From: Monocercomonoides exilis PA203 | Taxonomy: Eukaryota > Protista > Preaxostyla | DNA: 64,000 nt | Direction of reading: 5' to 3' | Assembly: GCA_001643675.2 (NCBI GenBank) | Contig: LSRY02000026.1 | Location: 434,001 to 498,000, forward strand | Part shown: one piece after another, positions 1-12,142 of the stretch | Position numbering within the stretch: the first letter of the stretch is position 1 | How the letters are laid out: the number at the start of each line of letters is the position of its first letter | Notes under the pieces: generated by a model | Told to the model about the DNA's origin: nothing | Databases searched by the model: none | Seen by the model: the letters and a program-made list of their open reading frames with translations, nothing else | Made by a program: the position numbers and the translations under genes

Positions 1-204
1 TCGCCGTCTTTGTCTGATAGTCTAACAGGTTGTTTGAATCATTTTTATTGCGGATAATAAGGATCTTCATTGAATTTGAGTATTGGCGAAGTGAGATCTT
101 AAGCAACCCATAGGATGAATCTTATACTCATTATCGAGGAGTAAACCTGCTCCTTGCGTTTGTAGATTCGAAGCATTACGAATTTCCTAAATAAACAATA
201 TCAT

Positions 205-2534
205 TAACAATTATGCACAACGATGCTACTGAATTTTCTCATCATTGTTGCCCAACTCATATTTTCCTTCACCTGGAAGCTTAAGATTCCCACTCACATG
301 CTCCATCTCAATGTATATCGCTCCAGACTACACATTTTCTGCCTTTCACTCATTGAATGTGCATGCTTTTGTCCTTCCCATCTCACCTTCGAATTCTCCT
401 CTCCCAGCTCTATCTCCAACACTGCTGTCTTCCCACTCTTCGGCTTCACTCCTTCCATTCGAAGCCCTTCTTCAACCAAAATCATCCCGTTTGTCTCTTC
501 TGTTTCTTTATTTTTATTATCCTTTTTGATCTCTTTTCCCTCTCCGATTATTCCATTTTTGATGCTCATTGCTGCTTCTTTTTCCACTTCCACATTCTTC
601 ATTTCCACATCCTCTATCACAACTTTCTATGCTCCTTCAACCGAATACGGTGTCACTTTGAACAAAGCTGTTTCCCCATCATTAACACATTTAATACCTG
701 TCATCATCAATGTCCCTGCACTCACCTTCACAAGATGGATTTTTATTTCTTCCCCTGTATTTGTAAGCATCCCAAGTGTATTGGTCGATGTTGTTTGCTT
801 AAAATCACAAGTGTCAATTGTTAGTGATGTTGATTCTGAATCAGCATGAATCAAGGCATATGTGCTTGAACTATCTTTCTGTTCATTTGCGACTAGTTCA
901 GATGCTGATTTGAAATCAAACACCAAATTCTTGAATGTCACTGTTTTTTGACAGGTGAATAAATCGCTTTCAGAAATATTGCTACAATCTATCTCGACTT
1001 TTGTGTCAGCTTCATTTCCAGTTTCCTCTGCTTCTACCACTCCTTCGATCGTAATTCCTGTCTCTTTTGAGAATGTCACAGCATCTGCTTTAAGAACTTC
1101 TTGGTTTGATTTTCCTTTTTCTTTTAATATTTTAATAGAAAATTCTCCTGGACCTTTTGATTTATCCAATAAATCATTAGCTCCTTTTATTGTTGAAAAT
1201 GGTTTTGTTTTTGTTCCATCTGCTGTGCTATCATCTTCTCCTCCACTTTGAACATATGCCTCATGTGGATCAAAATATATTGCAGTGAAATCAATATCTT
1301 CACTTACATTAGCTCCCTTAGCTGCAACAAACCAGTCATTTGTTCCTTTCATATAATTTTTGGCAAATTTCTTTTTCATTTCTGTAGCAATCGTCTGTAA
1401 CTTTTCACTTTTCACATCAAGATACAAAAATGTCTGTTTATCTGAACCAGCTTTGCACCCACTAACTGTCAATTTATCTTCCTCAGACCATGTCAATTGA
1501 TTTGCATTTGAAATATTTGGCATCTTCAGATATATCCCACCTGATTTCCCATTGGCACATTCACATGATGTAAATGTTGTTGTTGCATTTGAAATTCGTG
1601 AACTTTCTCCTATATTAAATGTGCTATCTGATTGATCACTTTCAACATACAATGCTCCACTTGTGGCATTAGATGCTTCTGTTGATATGCAATTGGCAAA
1701 TGTACACCCATGGACATTCACTTCAATCTTAGTATCACTATTGTTTCCCCCAATCTTCACCACTGCACTTGCACTCGACTCTATGTTATTCAATGTCGAT
1801 GCAATCAATGTCACTTTTGTTGCTTTGTCAAACAAAAACGGAGTGGTTGAAAACTTAGCAGTGTTGTTATCATCACTGAAAGATACTGCCTCCATGTTGA
1901 ATTCACCTGCTTCCACTTTTACTAAATGTATATTGGCTGTTTCTGTTTCTGTTGGACGAACAAATTGGCAAGTGCTAATTGTCAGATTAGGTGAGAGTGG
2001 AGATGATTTTGTTGTCTTGAATGAAAGATCAGACAACACTTGAGTTGATCCCCCTGAATTTGCAACCAAACGGATAATAGCCAACGTGTTGTCATCATTA
2101 GATGGATTTCCAAGTGACACTGGATATATAAACTTCAGATACTTGAATGTCACATTTTGCTTGCAAGTGAACAGATTCTTGTTAGTATCACTTTCATCAT
2201 TTTCATCATTAAGATATGTACAGTTTATTTCCACTAACTCAGGAGTCCCATTTGCACCTTCATTTTGTTTTCCTTGGATCATTAATGGTTTATCTTTATC
2301 AAATTCATTCACTCCTGCAATTAATGCAGATGTATTATTTTCTTGCTTGATAATTGTAATGTTCAATTGTTCTGCATTTTCATCATTAAGCTTTGTCAAT
2401 GCCTCACTAATCTTTCCAACAGGTTTAGTTTCAGTTCCATCTCCACCAGTTGCTCCACTTTTAACGAACACTTCTTTTACATTTTCAGAATATATGGAAA
2501 GCACAACTTGTAAAAATACAAATGTCAAAAACAT
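205..2534 (-). pseudogene. Surface protein family A, copy 1: signal peptide plus two beta-helix-type repeats; 3' part decayed and no TM anchor visible
   Basis: ORF 627..2567; true ATG probably at 2534 (MFLTFVFLQVVLSIYS signal peptide). Near-identical to 4487..8230 over long blocks. In-frame TAG at 627-629; homology then continues (EGLRMEGVK, NLKLPGEGKYELGNN, SVASLCII) through frameshifts and stops to ~205. Confidence 0.8.
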
Positions 2535-3709
2535 TTTCAATTGATGTTCTTTTCTCAATTCAATCAAAGATCTACAGACACATTAATCGTACAATTGTTG
2601 TTGTAATTTATGGTTTGAAACATACTTTGTATTTTTTGGTATTTTTTCGAATTATTGAAAATTTTCATATTTCATTAGAAAGAGTGTATTCATAAATATT
2701 ACTCATAGAAAATTCCTTTTTAAATTATTGATAATCAATAAAAGTCATTGTTTCATTTTTTCACTGATTATTATTTGTAGAGATTGGTTCACATTCAAAA
2801 TACTGGACTTGACATGTCTAATAATGTGTGAATTTTTCAAACAAAATTATTTTTCAGAAAGTGTTTCTGATTCTTGTGAGTTTTCCTATTATCTGTGCTT
2901 TTGATATGAAATGAATAAGGACAAATTGTGAAAATAAATGAAACAAACATTGAGTTGGAAGGGTTAATAATGTTTAATTGATAACATTTTTGTGAGACTG
3001 AGTTCACATGAAAAATAAAGAAACAGAATAAATATGATTTGTTTTTCTGGGTATGTGTCAATTAAATAAAGGGTATAACAATTGTCATAAGTGTATTTCG
3101 AATTAATACAATACCATTTTTGTTGACATTCAAATGGTGCAGTTTTTAATGGATAAAAAAAAATACATTCCATTAGTTGTTTTCAATAATGTTCTTCATT
3201 TATTGAATTCATGATTCAACATACTTCCATACAACAACCAGTGATGATTTTTCTCTCATTGAGCACAATCACATGTTGAATCATTGACAAAAGCCAATGG
3301 AAAGAGAAACATTTGATAATAATGATAATATTCATGTTTTATTGTTTAATTGTTTTGTTGTTTAAATGTTTGTTTGTTGTTCAATAAATAAATTGATAGA
3401 TGCACAAAACAAATTGAAATGATTGAATGTTTGAAAAGCATTTGTGTTAATTTAACATATATTTGTTTAATGTTTTGTTCGATGTGTGAAGTGTGTGGAC
3501 AAACTGCCAGTGGACAGCAACTTCTTATGGAAACACACACGTATTCATCAATGACACAGCAAAAGGCACAGTAATATGTGTGGGCTGTCATAGTGTCAAA
3601 GTAATCTCAACTTCACTTTCCTTCCATTCTTCAAAATGAACACCTTGCTGAATGTTTGAATGTGTTTGTGAGGATCAACCAAACATTTGTCGATGAAGAT
3701 CTGTTCTTG

Positions 3710-3788
3710 TTCCATGTTCCATGTTCCATGTTCCATGTTCCATGTTCCATGTTCCATGTTCCATTCCATTCCATTCCATTCCATTCCA
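3710..3788 (+). repeat. Compound microsatellite: (TTCCATG)n followed by (TTCCA)n
   Basis: Directly visible: about seven 7-mers then about five 5-mers. Confidence 0.95.
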
Positions 3789-4486
3789 CATGTGAAATGG
3801 CAGAGATGGGCTTGGAATGGATACAGATGGAATGATTGCAGGAAAGGAAATGGACCATCATTGATGGACTTTGTTGTTGTAATGTATTTCGAATTGGAGA
3901 AAGAATAATAAATGACTTTTAGTCTCACTCTTGAAACAAAAGAACATGATGAGGTCAAGATGTTGTCCATGGAAAGGAAGCCAAGAAAATGTATGTCTGA
4001 GTTTATTCTGTCAATAAAAATAATTTTTATAATAATACAAATTTTTGTTTTTGGAACATGTTTTCAGTTTTCATGTATATTTATCAAACAACAGAGGGAT
4101 ACAGCGAAACAAGAAACAGAAGAAGAAGAAGGATTGTTGGTTTGATATGATTTGTTTGGGAGTTGTGAATGGAGTGTTTTTGATTCATTATGATGTGACA
4201 GATCTTCCTATTATTTATTATGAGAAAACACAACAAGAACTTTCCATCAGCAAAATCAAAGAGATCATCCGATATCATTTGATATCATCAGGAACATTGT
4301 ATCTTTTGTTCAGTTTGTCCATGAGCTTGATTGGGAGTTTTTGAAAAGTGGATGAAGATATGGTGATAGTTTTGAAGAAACAAGAGTGGATGAGAACCAC
4401 TTTACAAGAGATGGAGCAAATGAGATGGAAAAGCTGTCAAGATTTGTAGATCTTTGATTGAATTGAGAAAAGAACATCGTTTGAAA

Positions 4487-7400
4487 ATGTTTCTAACATT
4501 GGTATTTTTGCAAGTTGTGCTTTCCATATATGCAGATGGTGATGTTAAAGAAGTGTTTGTTAAAAGTGGAGGAAACGGAACTGAAGGAACATCAAATGAC
4601 CCTGTTGGAACAATTAAAGGAGCATATGATAAGCTTACTGATGAAAATGCAAAAGGATACAACATTACAATTATAAAGCAAGAAGATGGTCAGCCTGCAT
4701 TAATTGCAGGAGTGAATGAATTTGATAAAAACGTTTCATTAATGATCCAAGGAAAACAAAATGAAGGTGCAAATGGGACTCCTGAGTTAGTGGAAATAAA
4801 CTGTACATATCTTGCTGAGGGAAATAATGAAAATGAAAACAAGGATCTGTTCACTTGTAAGCAAAATGTGACATTCAAGTATCTGAAGTTTATATATCCG
4901 TTATCACTTGGAAACGCATCTAATGATGACAACACGTTGGCTATTATCCGTTTGGTTGCAAATTCAGGGGGATCAACTCAAGTGTTGTCTGATCTTTCAT
5001 TCAAGACAACAAAATCATCTCCACTCTCACCTAATCTGACAATTAGCACTTGCCAATTTGTTCGTCCAACAGAAACAGAAACAGCCAATATACATTTAGT
5101 AAAAGTGGAAGCAGGTGAATTCAACATGGAGGCAGTATCTTTCAGTGATGATAACAACACTGCTAAGTTTTCAACCACTCCGTTTTTGTTTGACAAAGCA
5201 ACAAAAGTGACATTGATTGCATCGACATTGAATAACATAGAGTCGAGTGCAAGTGCAGTGGTGAAGATTGGGGGAAACAATAGTGATACTAAGATTGAAG
5301 TGAATGTCCATGGGTGTACATTTGCCAATTGCATATCAACAGAAGCATCTAATGCCACAAGTGGAGCATTGTATGTTGAAAGTGATCAATCAGATAGCAC
5401 ATTTAATATAGGAGAAAGTTCACGAATTTCAAATGCAACAACAACATTTACATCATGTGAATGTGCCAATGGGAAATCAGGTGGGATATATCTGAAGATG
5501 ACAAAAATTGATAGTGCAGAAAAACTGACATGGTCTGAGGAAGATAAATTGACAGTTAGTGGGTGCAAAGCTGGTTCAGATAAACAGACATTTTTGTATC
5601 TTGATGTGAACAGTGAAAAGTTACAGACGATTGCTACAGAAATGAAAAAGAAATTTGCCAAAAATTATATGAAAGGAACAAATGACTGGTTTGTTGCAGC
5701 TAAGGGAGCTAATGTAAGTGAAGATATTGATTTCACTGCAATATATTTTGATCCACATGAGGCATATGTTCAAAGTGGAGGAGAAGATGATAGCACAGCA
5801 GATGGAACAAAAACAAAACCATTTTCAACAATAAAAGGAGCTAATGATTTATTGGATAAATCAAAAGGTCCAGGAGAATTTTCTATTAAAATATTAAAAG
5901 AAAAAGGAAAATCAAACCAAGAAGTTCTTAAAGCAGATGCTGTGACATTCTCAAAAGAGACAGGAATTACGATCGAAGGAGTGGTAGAAGCAGAGGAAAC
6001 TGGAAATGAAGCTGACACAAAAGTTGAGATAGATTGTAGCAATATTTCTGAAAGCGATTTATTCACCTGTCAAAAAACAGTGACATTCAAGAATTTGATA
6101 TTCGATTTCAAATCAACATCTGGACAAGTGAAAAATCAATTTGAAGGAAATGAAGGACCATATGCCTTGATTCATGCTACTGATGGATCAGTTTCTCTAA
6201 CAATTGACACTTGTGATTTTAAGCTTACAACACAAACAAATACACTTGGGATGCTAACAAACACAGGGGAAGAAGTGAAATCTCATCTTGTGAAAGTGAG
6301 TGCAGGGACATTGACAATGAACAAGGTCGAATGCACTTCTGAGAACGAAGTGAAATTTTCAGAGACACCATTTTTGGTTGATGGAACAACAACAGCAGTG
6401 ACAGCTGTATCATTGACATCATTGAATCTGAAGAAGATAACATCAAATGGAAGTGCTGTTATAAAAATTGTTGGAAATACAGACACAGCTATTTCAGTGA
6501 AATTGGACACATGCACATTCACAGAATGCAAATCGGAAGATGCATCAACAGATACATGTGGAGCACTTTATGTGAAGAGCGAACATGCAGAAAGCACATT
6601 CTCCATTGGAAACACTGGGAAAACAACATTTGAAAATTGCACATGTACAAAGGGGAAATCAGGAGCAATATGTCTGGAAATGACAGGAATAACAAAAGCA
6701 GATGAACTGACATGGCCAGAAACAGGAACCAATTTAGAATTTACTGGATGCAAGGTTTCAGATTCAGATGCAACTTCGAATGCTGAAAAGAACACAGGAT
6801 TGTATTTAGATGTGCCAGTCAGCCTTCACAGAGACATTGCAAAAGCGATGAAGCAAAGCTTTGCATCTGGATACAAGAAAAATGAAAATAAATGCTTTGT
6901 TGTTGCAAAAGGAACTGATAATGAAAATGAAGTTGATTTCACAGAAGTGTATTTTGATCCGAACACAAATGTGTATGTGAGTCCAGCAGGAAGTGATGAT
7001 AACAACGATAATGGATTGAGCTATGAAAAGCCAAAGAAAAAACTGGATTCAGCATATAAATTGCTTGGAGAGGGTGTTGGAGGAGAAAAGTTCAAGATCA
7101 ACATCATCAAAACTCATGAATCATTCAAAGCTGCAGCTGTTACACTTGAGAAATTTTCATTGATAACTATTGTGGGTGTATCCAAAGCAAATGGAGAAGA
7201 AAAAGAAACAGAAGTGGAGATTGATTGTAATGTTAAATCAGAAAGTCATTTGTTCACATGCAAGAGTGAAGTTGAGTTCAGAGGAATATCCTTCTTGTTC
7301 CCATTGTCATTGGATGAGCCAGAGGAATCAAATACCGATCCACATTCATTGATTGTTGCAGATTGTGAAAGTGCTAAGTTGAGTATTGTGAACTGCAAAT

Positions 7401-8230
7401 TTGTGAGACCAGAGCCAATTGCACCCAGAAATGATGAAGAAATTGCCAAATTCCATCTTGTGAATGTGACAGAAGGAGAACTTATAATGAGTGGAGTTGA
7501 ATGCAAGGGTGATAATGAAGTGAACTTCCAAGAATCACTGTTTGTTATTAACGAATCCTCTTCAGTCAAATTAGATACAGTTGAGATCAACAAAGTGAGT
7601 GTGACAGATGGAGCAGCAATCAACATCCAAGATGCAGCTGAAAAAGCATCGAGTGTTCGAATAGAAGGGTTGAGCATGAATGGAGTGAAATCATCGAAGG
7701 GATTGTGTGCAGGTGTATTGATCAAGATGGTTGATAATGGTTCGAAAGTGGAAATGGGAAGAGAAAAGAAATGTTCATTCAAATCGTGTGAAGCAGCAAG
7801 TGGAAAGGCAGGAGCTATTCTCATTGAAGTGAAAGATGCAGTTGATAATTTGAAACTTCCAGGTGAAGGCAAACTTGAGTTAGGTGACAACAAAGGGAAA
7901 GATTCATCGGTGGCATCACTGTGCATCATTGCTCCAGACTTTGATAAGTTCAGCCAACAGAAAGACGCCTTTGCATTTGCGAAGGACTACAACGATGGCA
8001 ACAAAGGATGGATTGTGGGGGCAACAGATGAAGAGGCTGCTCCTGAAGATGTGTATGAGAAATACCTGAAGGAGAAGAAAGATGAGCCAGAACCAGAAAA
8101 GAAGAAGAAGATGAGTGCATGGACTGTGGTTGCTATTGTGGTTCCTATTGTGGTTGTGGTGGTTGTGGTGGTTGTGGTGGTTGTGGTGGTTGTGGTGGTT
8201 GTGGTGGTTGTGGTGGTTGTGAAGAAGTGA
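4487..8230 (+). CDS. Surface protein family A, copy 2: type I membrane protein with three ~400-aa repeats (pectin-lyase/parallel beta-helix-like) and a poly-Val TM anchor
   Basis: Open 1258-codon frame. Signal peptide MFLTLVFLQVVLSIYA. Repeats start EVFVKSGG..GT...P, EAYVQSGG..DGTKTKPFSTIKGA and NVYVSPAGSDDNNDNGLSYEKP, a typical beta-helix N-cap motif. F..C.....SGA[IL]Y motifs; hydrophobic C-terminus. Confidence 0.85.
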   Translation: MFLTLVFLQVVLSIYADGDVKEVFVKSGGNGTEGTSNDPVGTIKGAYDKLTDENAKGYNITIIKQEDGQPALIAGVNEFDKNVSLMIQGKQNEGANGTPELVEINCTYLAEGNNENENKDLFTCKQNVTFKYLKFIYPLSLGNASNDDNTLAIIRLVANSGGSTQVLSDLSFKTTKSSPLSPNLTISTCQFVRPTETETANIHLVKVEAGEFNMEAVSFSDDNNTAKFSTTPFLFDKATKVTLIASTLNNIESSASAVVKIGGNNSDTKIEVNVHGCTFANCISTEASNATSGALYVESDQSDSTFNIGESSRISNATTTFTSCECANGKSGGIYLKMTKIDSAEKLTWSEEDKLTVSGCKAGSDKQTFLYLDVNSEKLQTIATEMKKKFAKNYMKGTNDWFVAAKGANVSEDIDFTAIYFDPHEAYVQSGGEDDSTADGTKTKPFSTIKGANDLLDKSKGPGEFSIKILKEKGKSNQEVLKADAVTFSKETGITIEGVVEAEETGNEADTKVEIDCSNISESDLFTCQKTVTFKNLIFDFKSTSGQVKNQFEGNEGPYALIHATDGSVSLTIDTCDFKLTTQTNTLGMLTNTGEEVKSHLVKVSAGTLTMNKVECTSENEVKFSETPFLVDGTTTAVTAVSLTSLNLKKITSNGSAVIKIVGNTDTAISVKLDTCTFTECKSEDASTDTCGALYVKSEHAESTFSIGNTGKTTFENCTCTKGKSGAICLEMTGITKADELTWPETGTNLEFTGCKVSDSDATSNAEKNTGLYLDVPVSLHRDIAKAMKQSFASGYKKNENKCFVVAKGTDNENEVDFTEVYFDPNTNVYVSPAGSDDNNDNGLSYEKPKKKLDSAYKLLGEGVGGEKFKINIIKTHESFKAAAVTLEKFSLITIVGVSKANGEEKETEVEIDCNVKSESHLFTCKSEVEFRGISFLFPLSLDEPEESNTDPHSLIVADCESAKLSIVNCKFVRPEPIAPRNDEEIAKFHLVNVTEGELIMSGVECKGDNEVNFQESLFVINESSSVKLDTVEINKVSVTDGAAINIQDAAEKASSVRIEGLSMNGVKSSKGLCAGVLIKMVDNGSKVEMGREKKCSFKSCEAASGKAGAILIEVKDAVDNLKLPGEGKLELGDNKGKDSSVASLCIIAPDFDKFSQQKDAFAFAKDYNDGNKGWIVGATDEEAAPEDVYEKYLKEKKDEPEPEKKKKMSAWTVVAIVVPIVVVVVVVVVVVVVVVVVVVVVVVVKK
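8149..8221 (+). repeat. 9-bp tandem repeat (GTGGTTGTG)n encoding poly-valine
   Basis: Directly visible inside the TM-coding segment of family A copy 2. Confidence 0.9.
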
Positions 8231-9171
8231 AGATAGAAGAATAATTATGATGATGTTGGAAGAGACAAGGGATAGGAGATGAGGAGCAATGTGTTAGAAA
8301 GATGGTATCTGAGAAGAAGAGAAAGAGTGGGAGGAGTAAAATTCTTAACTATCAATTGATATTTTTATTTTTAATTTTGTGTAATTACCCGTCCACAATA
8401 TTGCTGCTGATTGTGAAAGATTATACAAATGTGAATGTGAAATATGTATTTATATTTGTATATGTACACTATTCTTTTTATTCACAATTCACTATTTCCA
8501 GAAAAGCCTTGGAATGAGTTTGAGGGTGGAGGAGAAGAAGAGAAGAAGAAGAGAGAAAGGCTTCTGATGTTTGTGATGGTTGAGAGATCATAAAACATAT
8601 CATTGTATTTTTGATTGTCAATTTTAATGTATTATTTAACTCGACTTCACCAACTATAATTTTTTTTAGAAGTTGCAAGTTGGTTTAGTCGTTGTTTTTC
8701 TTTTAATGCTAATTTATATTTTTGTTCTTTAGTTCTTTTAATTTTTGTTTTTTGCTATTATCTTTTGACTTGCTGAAAGGATGCGCTTTCAATTCAGCAG
8801 GAAAGATGCTAAGTTTTTTCTTTGCTGAATTGGACATATTTGCCATTTTTTTTTTTTCTTTTTTCATATTTCAATTATTTGACTGGCACATCGATCAAAA
8901 AGAAATTATTTGGATTCTTTGTTTTTCAGTTCACTTTATTTGGAGCACAGGTATTTGTGAAGACTAACAAGAGTAAAAACATGAGAAACGGTATAAAACA
9001 TTTTTTTTTAAAAAATAAATCAAAGAGGGGGCTCATCCACAAAGTTTGATGCTGCAAAAGCAGTTTCTTCGGAAAATAAGAAAACAACAAAAAAGCAGCT
9101 GAAATGAGGTGGAGGAAGGAAGGAAAGACAAGATAGATTCTGTGTGATGCTTCTACTACAATAGAGTTTTC

Positions 9172-10108
9172 ATCTTTCCTCTTTCTTCTTTCCTCTTTCT
9201 TCTTTCCTCTTTCTTTTTTCCTCTTTCTTTTTTCCTCTTTCTTTTTTCCTCTTTCTTTTTTCCTCTTTCTTTTTTCCTCTTTCTTTTTTCCTCTTTCTTT
9301 TTTCCTCTTTCTTTTTTCCTCTTTCTTTTTTCCTCTTTCTTTTTTCCTCTTTCTTTTTTTTTCTTTCTTTTTTCCTCTTTCTTTTTTCCTCTTTCTTTTT
9401 TCCTCTTTCTTTTTTCCTCTTTCTTTTTTCCTCTTTCTTTTTTCCTCTTTCTTTTTTCCTCTTTCTTTTTTCCTCTTTCTTTTTTCCTCTTTCTTTTTTC
9501 CTCTTTCTTTTTTCCTCTTTCTTTTTTCCTCTTTCTTTTTCCTCTTTCTTTTTTCCTCTTTCTTTTTTCCTCTTTCTTTTTTTCCTCTTTCTTTTTTCCT
9601 CTTTCTTTTTTCCTCTTTCTTTTTTCCTCTTTCTTTTTTCCTCTTTCTTTTTTTCCTCTTTCTTTTTTCCTCTTTCTTTTTTCCTCTTTCTTTTTTTCCT
9701 CTTTCTTTTTTCCTCTTTCTTTTTTCCTCTTTCTTTTTTCCTCTTTCTTTTTTCCTCTTTCTTTTTTTTTCTTTCTTTTTTCCTCTTTCTTTTTTCCTCT
9801 TTCTTTTTTCCTCTTTCTTTTTTCCTCTTTCTTTTTTCCTCTTTCTTTTTTCCTCTTTCTTTTTTCCTCTTTCTTTTTTCCTCTTTCTTTTTTCCTCTTT
9901 CTTTTTTCCTCTTTCTTTTTTCCTCTTTCTTTTTTCCTCTTTCTTTTTTCCTCTTTCTTTTTTCCTCTTTCTTTTTTCCTCTTTCTTTTTTCCTCTTTCT
10001 TTTTTCCTCTTTCTTTTTTCCTCTTTCTTTTTTCCTCTTTCTTTTTTCCTCTTTCTTTTTTCCTCTTTCTTTTTTCCTCTTTCTTTTTTCCTCTTTCTTT
10101 TTTTTTCT
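9172..10108 (+). repeat. 14-bp minisatellite (CTCTTTCTTTTTTC)n, roughly 65 copies, pure pyrimidine strand
   Basis: Directly visible. The 14-aa period (KKKEEKRKRKKERG) in the minus-strand ORFs equals three 14-bp units. Confidence 0.97.
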
Positions 10109-12142
10109 TCATCACCTTTCTGGCAAGATGTGCCAGATGCTCCAACATCAATCTTTTTCCCAAAATAACTTTTTCTATTCATTCAACACTTTTTTTGTTA
10201 CTTTCTTCTCCTCCTTTTCATTCCTTCTTCTCATATCATCACCTTTGCTCTTCTGCCCACCTGATTTCCCTTCACTTTCGTTCTCTCATTTTCTCTCTCA
10301 CTTGTTGCTTCTTTTTCTCTGTCTTCTTCCCTCTTTTCTCCTGTTTGTTTACACCTTCTTCTGCTGCCTCCAAAATCTCCTTCAATCAAGCATTTTCTTT
10401 TAAAGAAAAAAAAGATTAAATAGAAAATACATTTTCGACTCAGGTTTATTCTCTCAACCAACATGCATCGCTTCAGCTTTTATTGTCTCAAAAGCCTAAT
10501 TTTCTCACAACTTCATTTTAGTTCTGATGAGGTTGAAATATAAAATTCGATCTTCGTCGATAGAAGGGATTTGCACTTTGCGCGAGGTCAAAGAAAGCAA
10601 CAGAATATCATTGTTGCCTGCAAACAATTAATTCGTCTGTTCTTTGATGTGAAGATAATCAATAGGAGCTGTGTTGAAATTGCTTGCATTGCAAACTTGC
10701 AATGAGCATAATGTCATTTCACTTCAAAAACTGCAGACCTAAGAATGGTTTATCATTTATTTATTAGAGTGTCATTAGTAATAGACATCTTAACAAAACT
10801 TATTTCTAAGGAGAAAATGAGTTGTCCAAACCAAGTCTTCTGTTATAAATACCAGGAGAAACGTGATCACTTTCAATGGAATAATATAACCTCTTTTACA
10901 GTCATGTTAGCCCTTGAACATGTGAATAGGTATTTAAGATTTTCAACACCATCTTTGAACATTAGCTTTTCGTTCGACAATGCATCAAATATGTATGTTA
11001 TTGAAGTCAAGGAGCAAACCAATGAAGGAAATGCTGGTGATTCCAACAACAATTCTATTTCCTATTGATTTCTTGGACAAATTTTATTCAAAAAAGTTGA
11101 TATTAATGTTGGTCGTTACATGTTTTTTCAGCACCTGTTGATGGTCACTCTTCTTGGTGCATTTGTAACGATTCATTGACCTATACAGTTTCAATTGAAA
11201 AATGGTCATCATCATGGAAAATCTTGGGAGACAAAGGGTACAAATCTTCATTTTCTCATTATGTGAGAACTGCTTCACTAAAGTCAATGAAGGAAAATGA
11301 GGAAGAAGGAAATGGGATATTCGGATTATCACTTAAAAATTGTGATAAAACAACTAACTCGCATAATCAAATTAAACAGAATTCAACAACTGTATCGATT
11401 CAAAACACGTCATTAATCAGGTCAGATTCATCTTTCATCACTGCTCTTCTCAATTCAACTGATCCATTCCTTTTGTGACAACACTTCAAAAACAAATAAC
11501 ACTTCATTCAACTGTTCTTCAACCATTTCAGCTGATCATGCTTCTGACATGTTCACTAAATCATTTGACAAAGATATTCATTTCATTTCACAAAAAACCA
11601 CAAGTTCAACAAAAGCAAATTCTTTTTCTCTCAACAATTCATTTTCAGCATCTAACATTCTTCAATCTTCTCCATCATCATACAAGAAAAAACAATCTCA
11701 AATAATCACTGTTAAAAAAGAAAATAATAACAATTCAAACGTTAACTTGAAAAATGACAGTTGTTCATAATTTCACACAGATAACTAATCATATTCAATG
11801 TCTTCGTTTACTTCATCTTCATTGAAAAGAGAAAAACGAAATAAGTACCTAATATTTTCTTCAAATGAAAAGTGACTGATTTTGAACCCAAAAACACAAC
11901 TGTGGAAAGAATCTCGAAACGAGACAAACATTAACATATTGCTGTTGAATTAATATCGTTTGACTGGTTATTTCATCAAAGCAAAGAAAAGGACACACAT
12001 GTGTGCGTTGTGCGCTCAACTGGATTCACTGAAGAAGAAGATACAATCCTTATATCATGGATAAAAACCTTATTGGTATAAATGTGACAAAATACCTCCT
12101 TCAGTTAAAATATATTTTTTATTTTAATAATGTGGAAAAAAA

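Noticed and set aside
1-190. RNase H-like remnant abutting family A copy 1
   Set aside because: Only a vague resemblance (NASNLQTQGAGL), interrupted by stops; not supportable.
3710-3788. Telomeric or centromeric satellite
   Set aside because: Under 80 bp and internal; a simple microsatellite.
8926-10182. Lys/Arg/Glu-rich ORFs of 418 and 335 aa
   Set aside because: They are translations of the 14-bp minisatellite, which is stop-free by composition.
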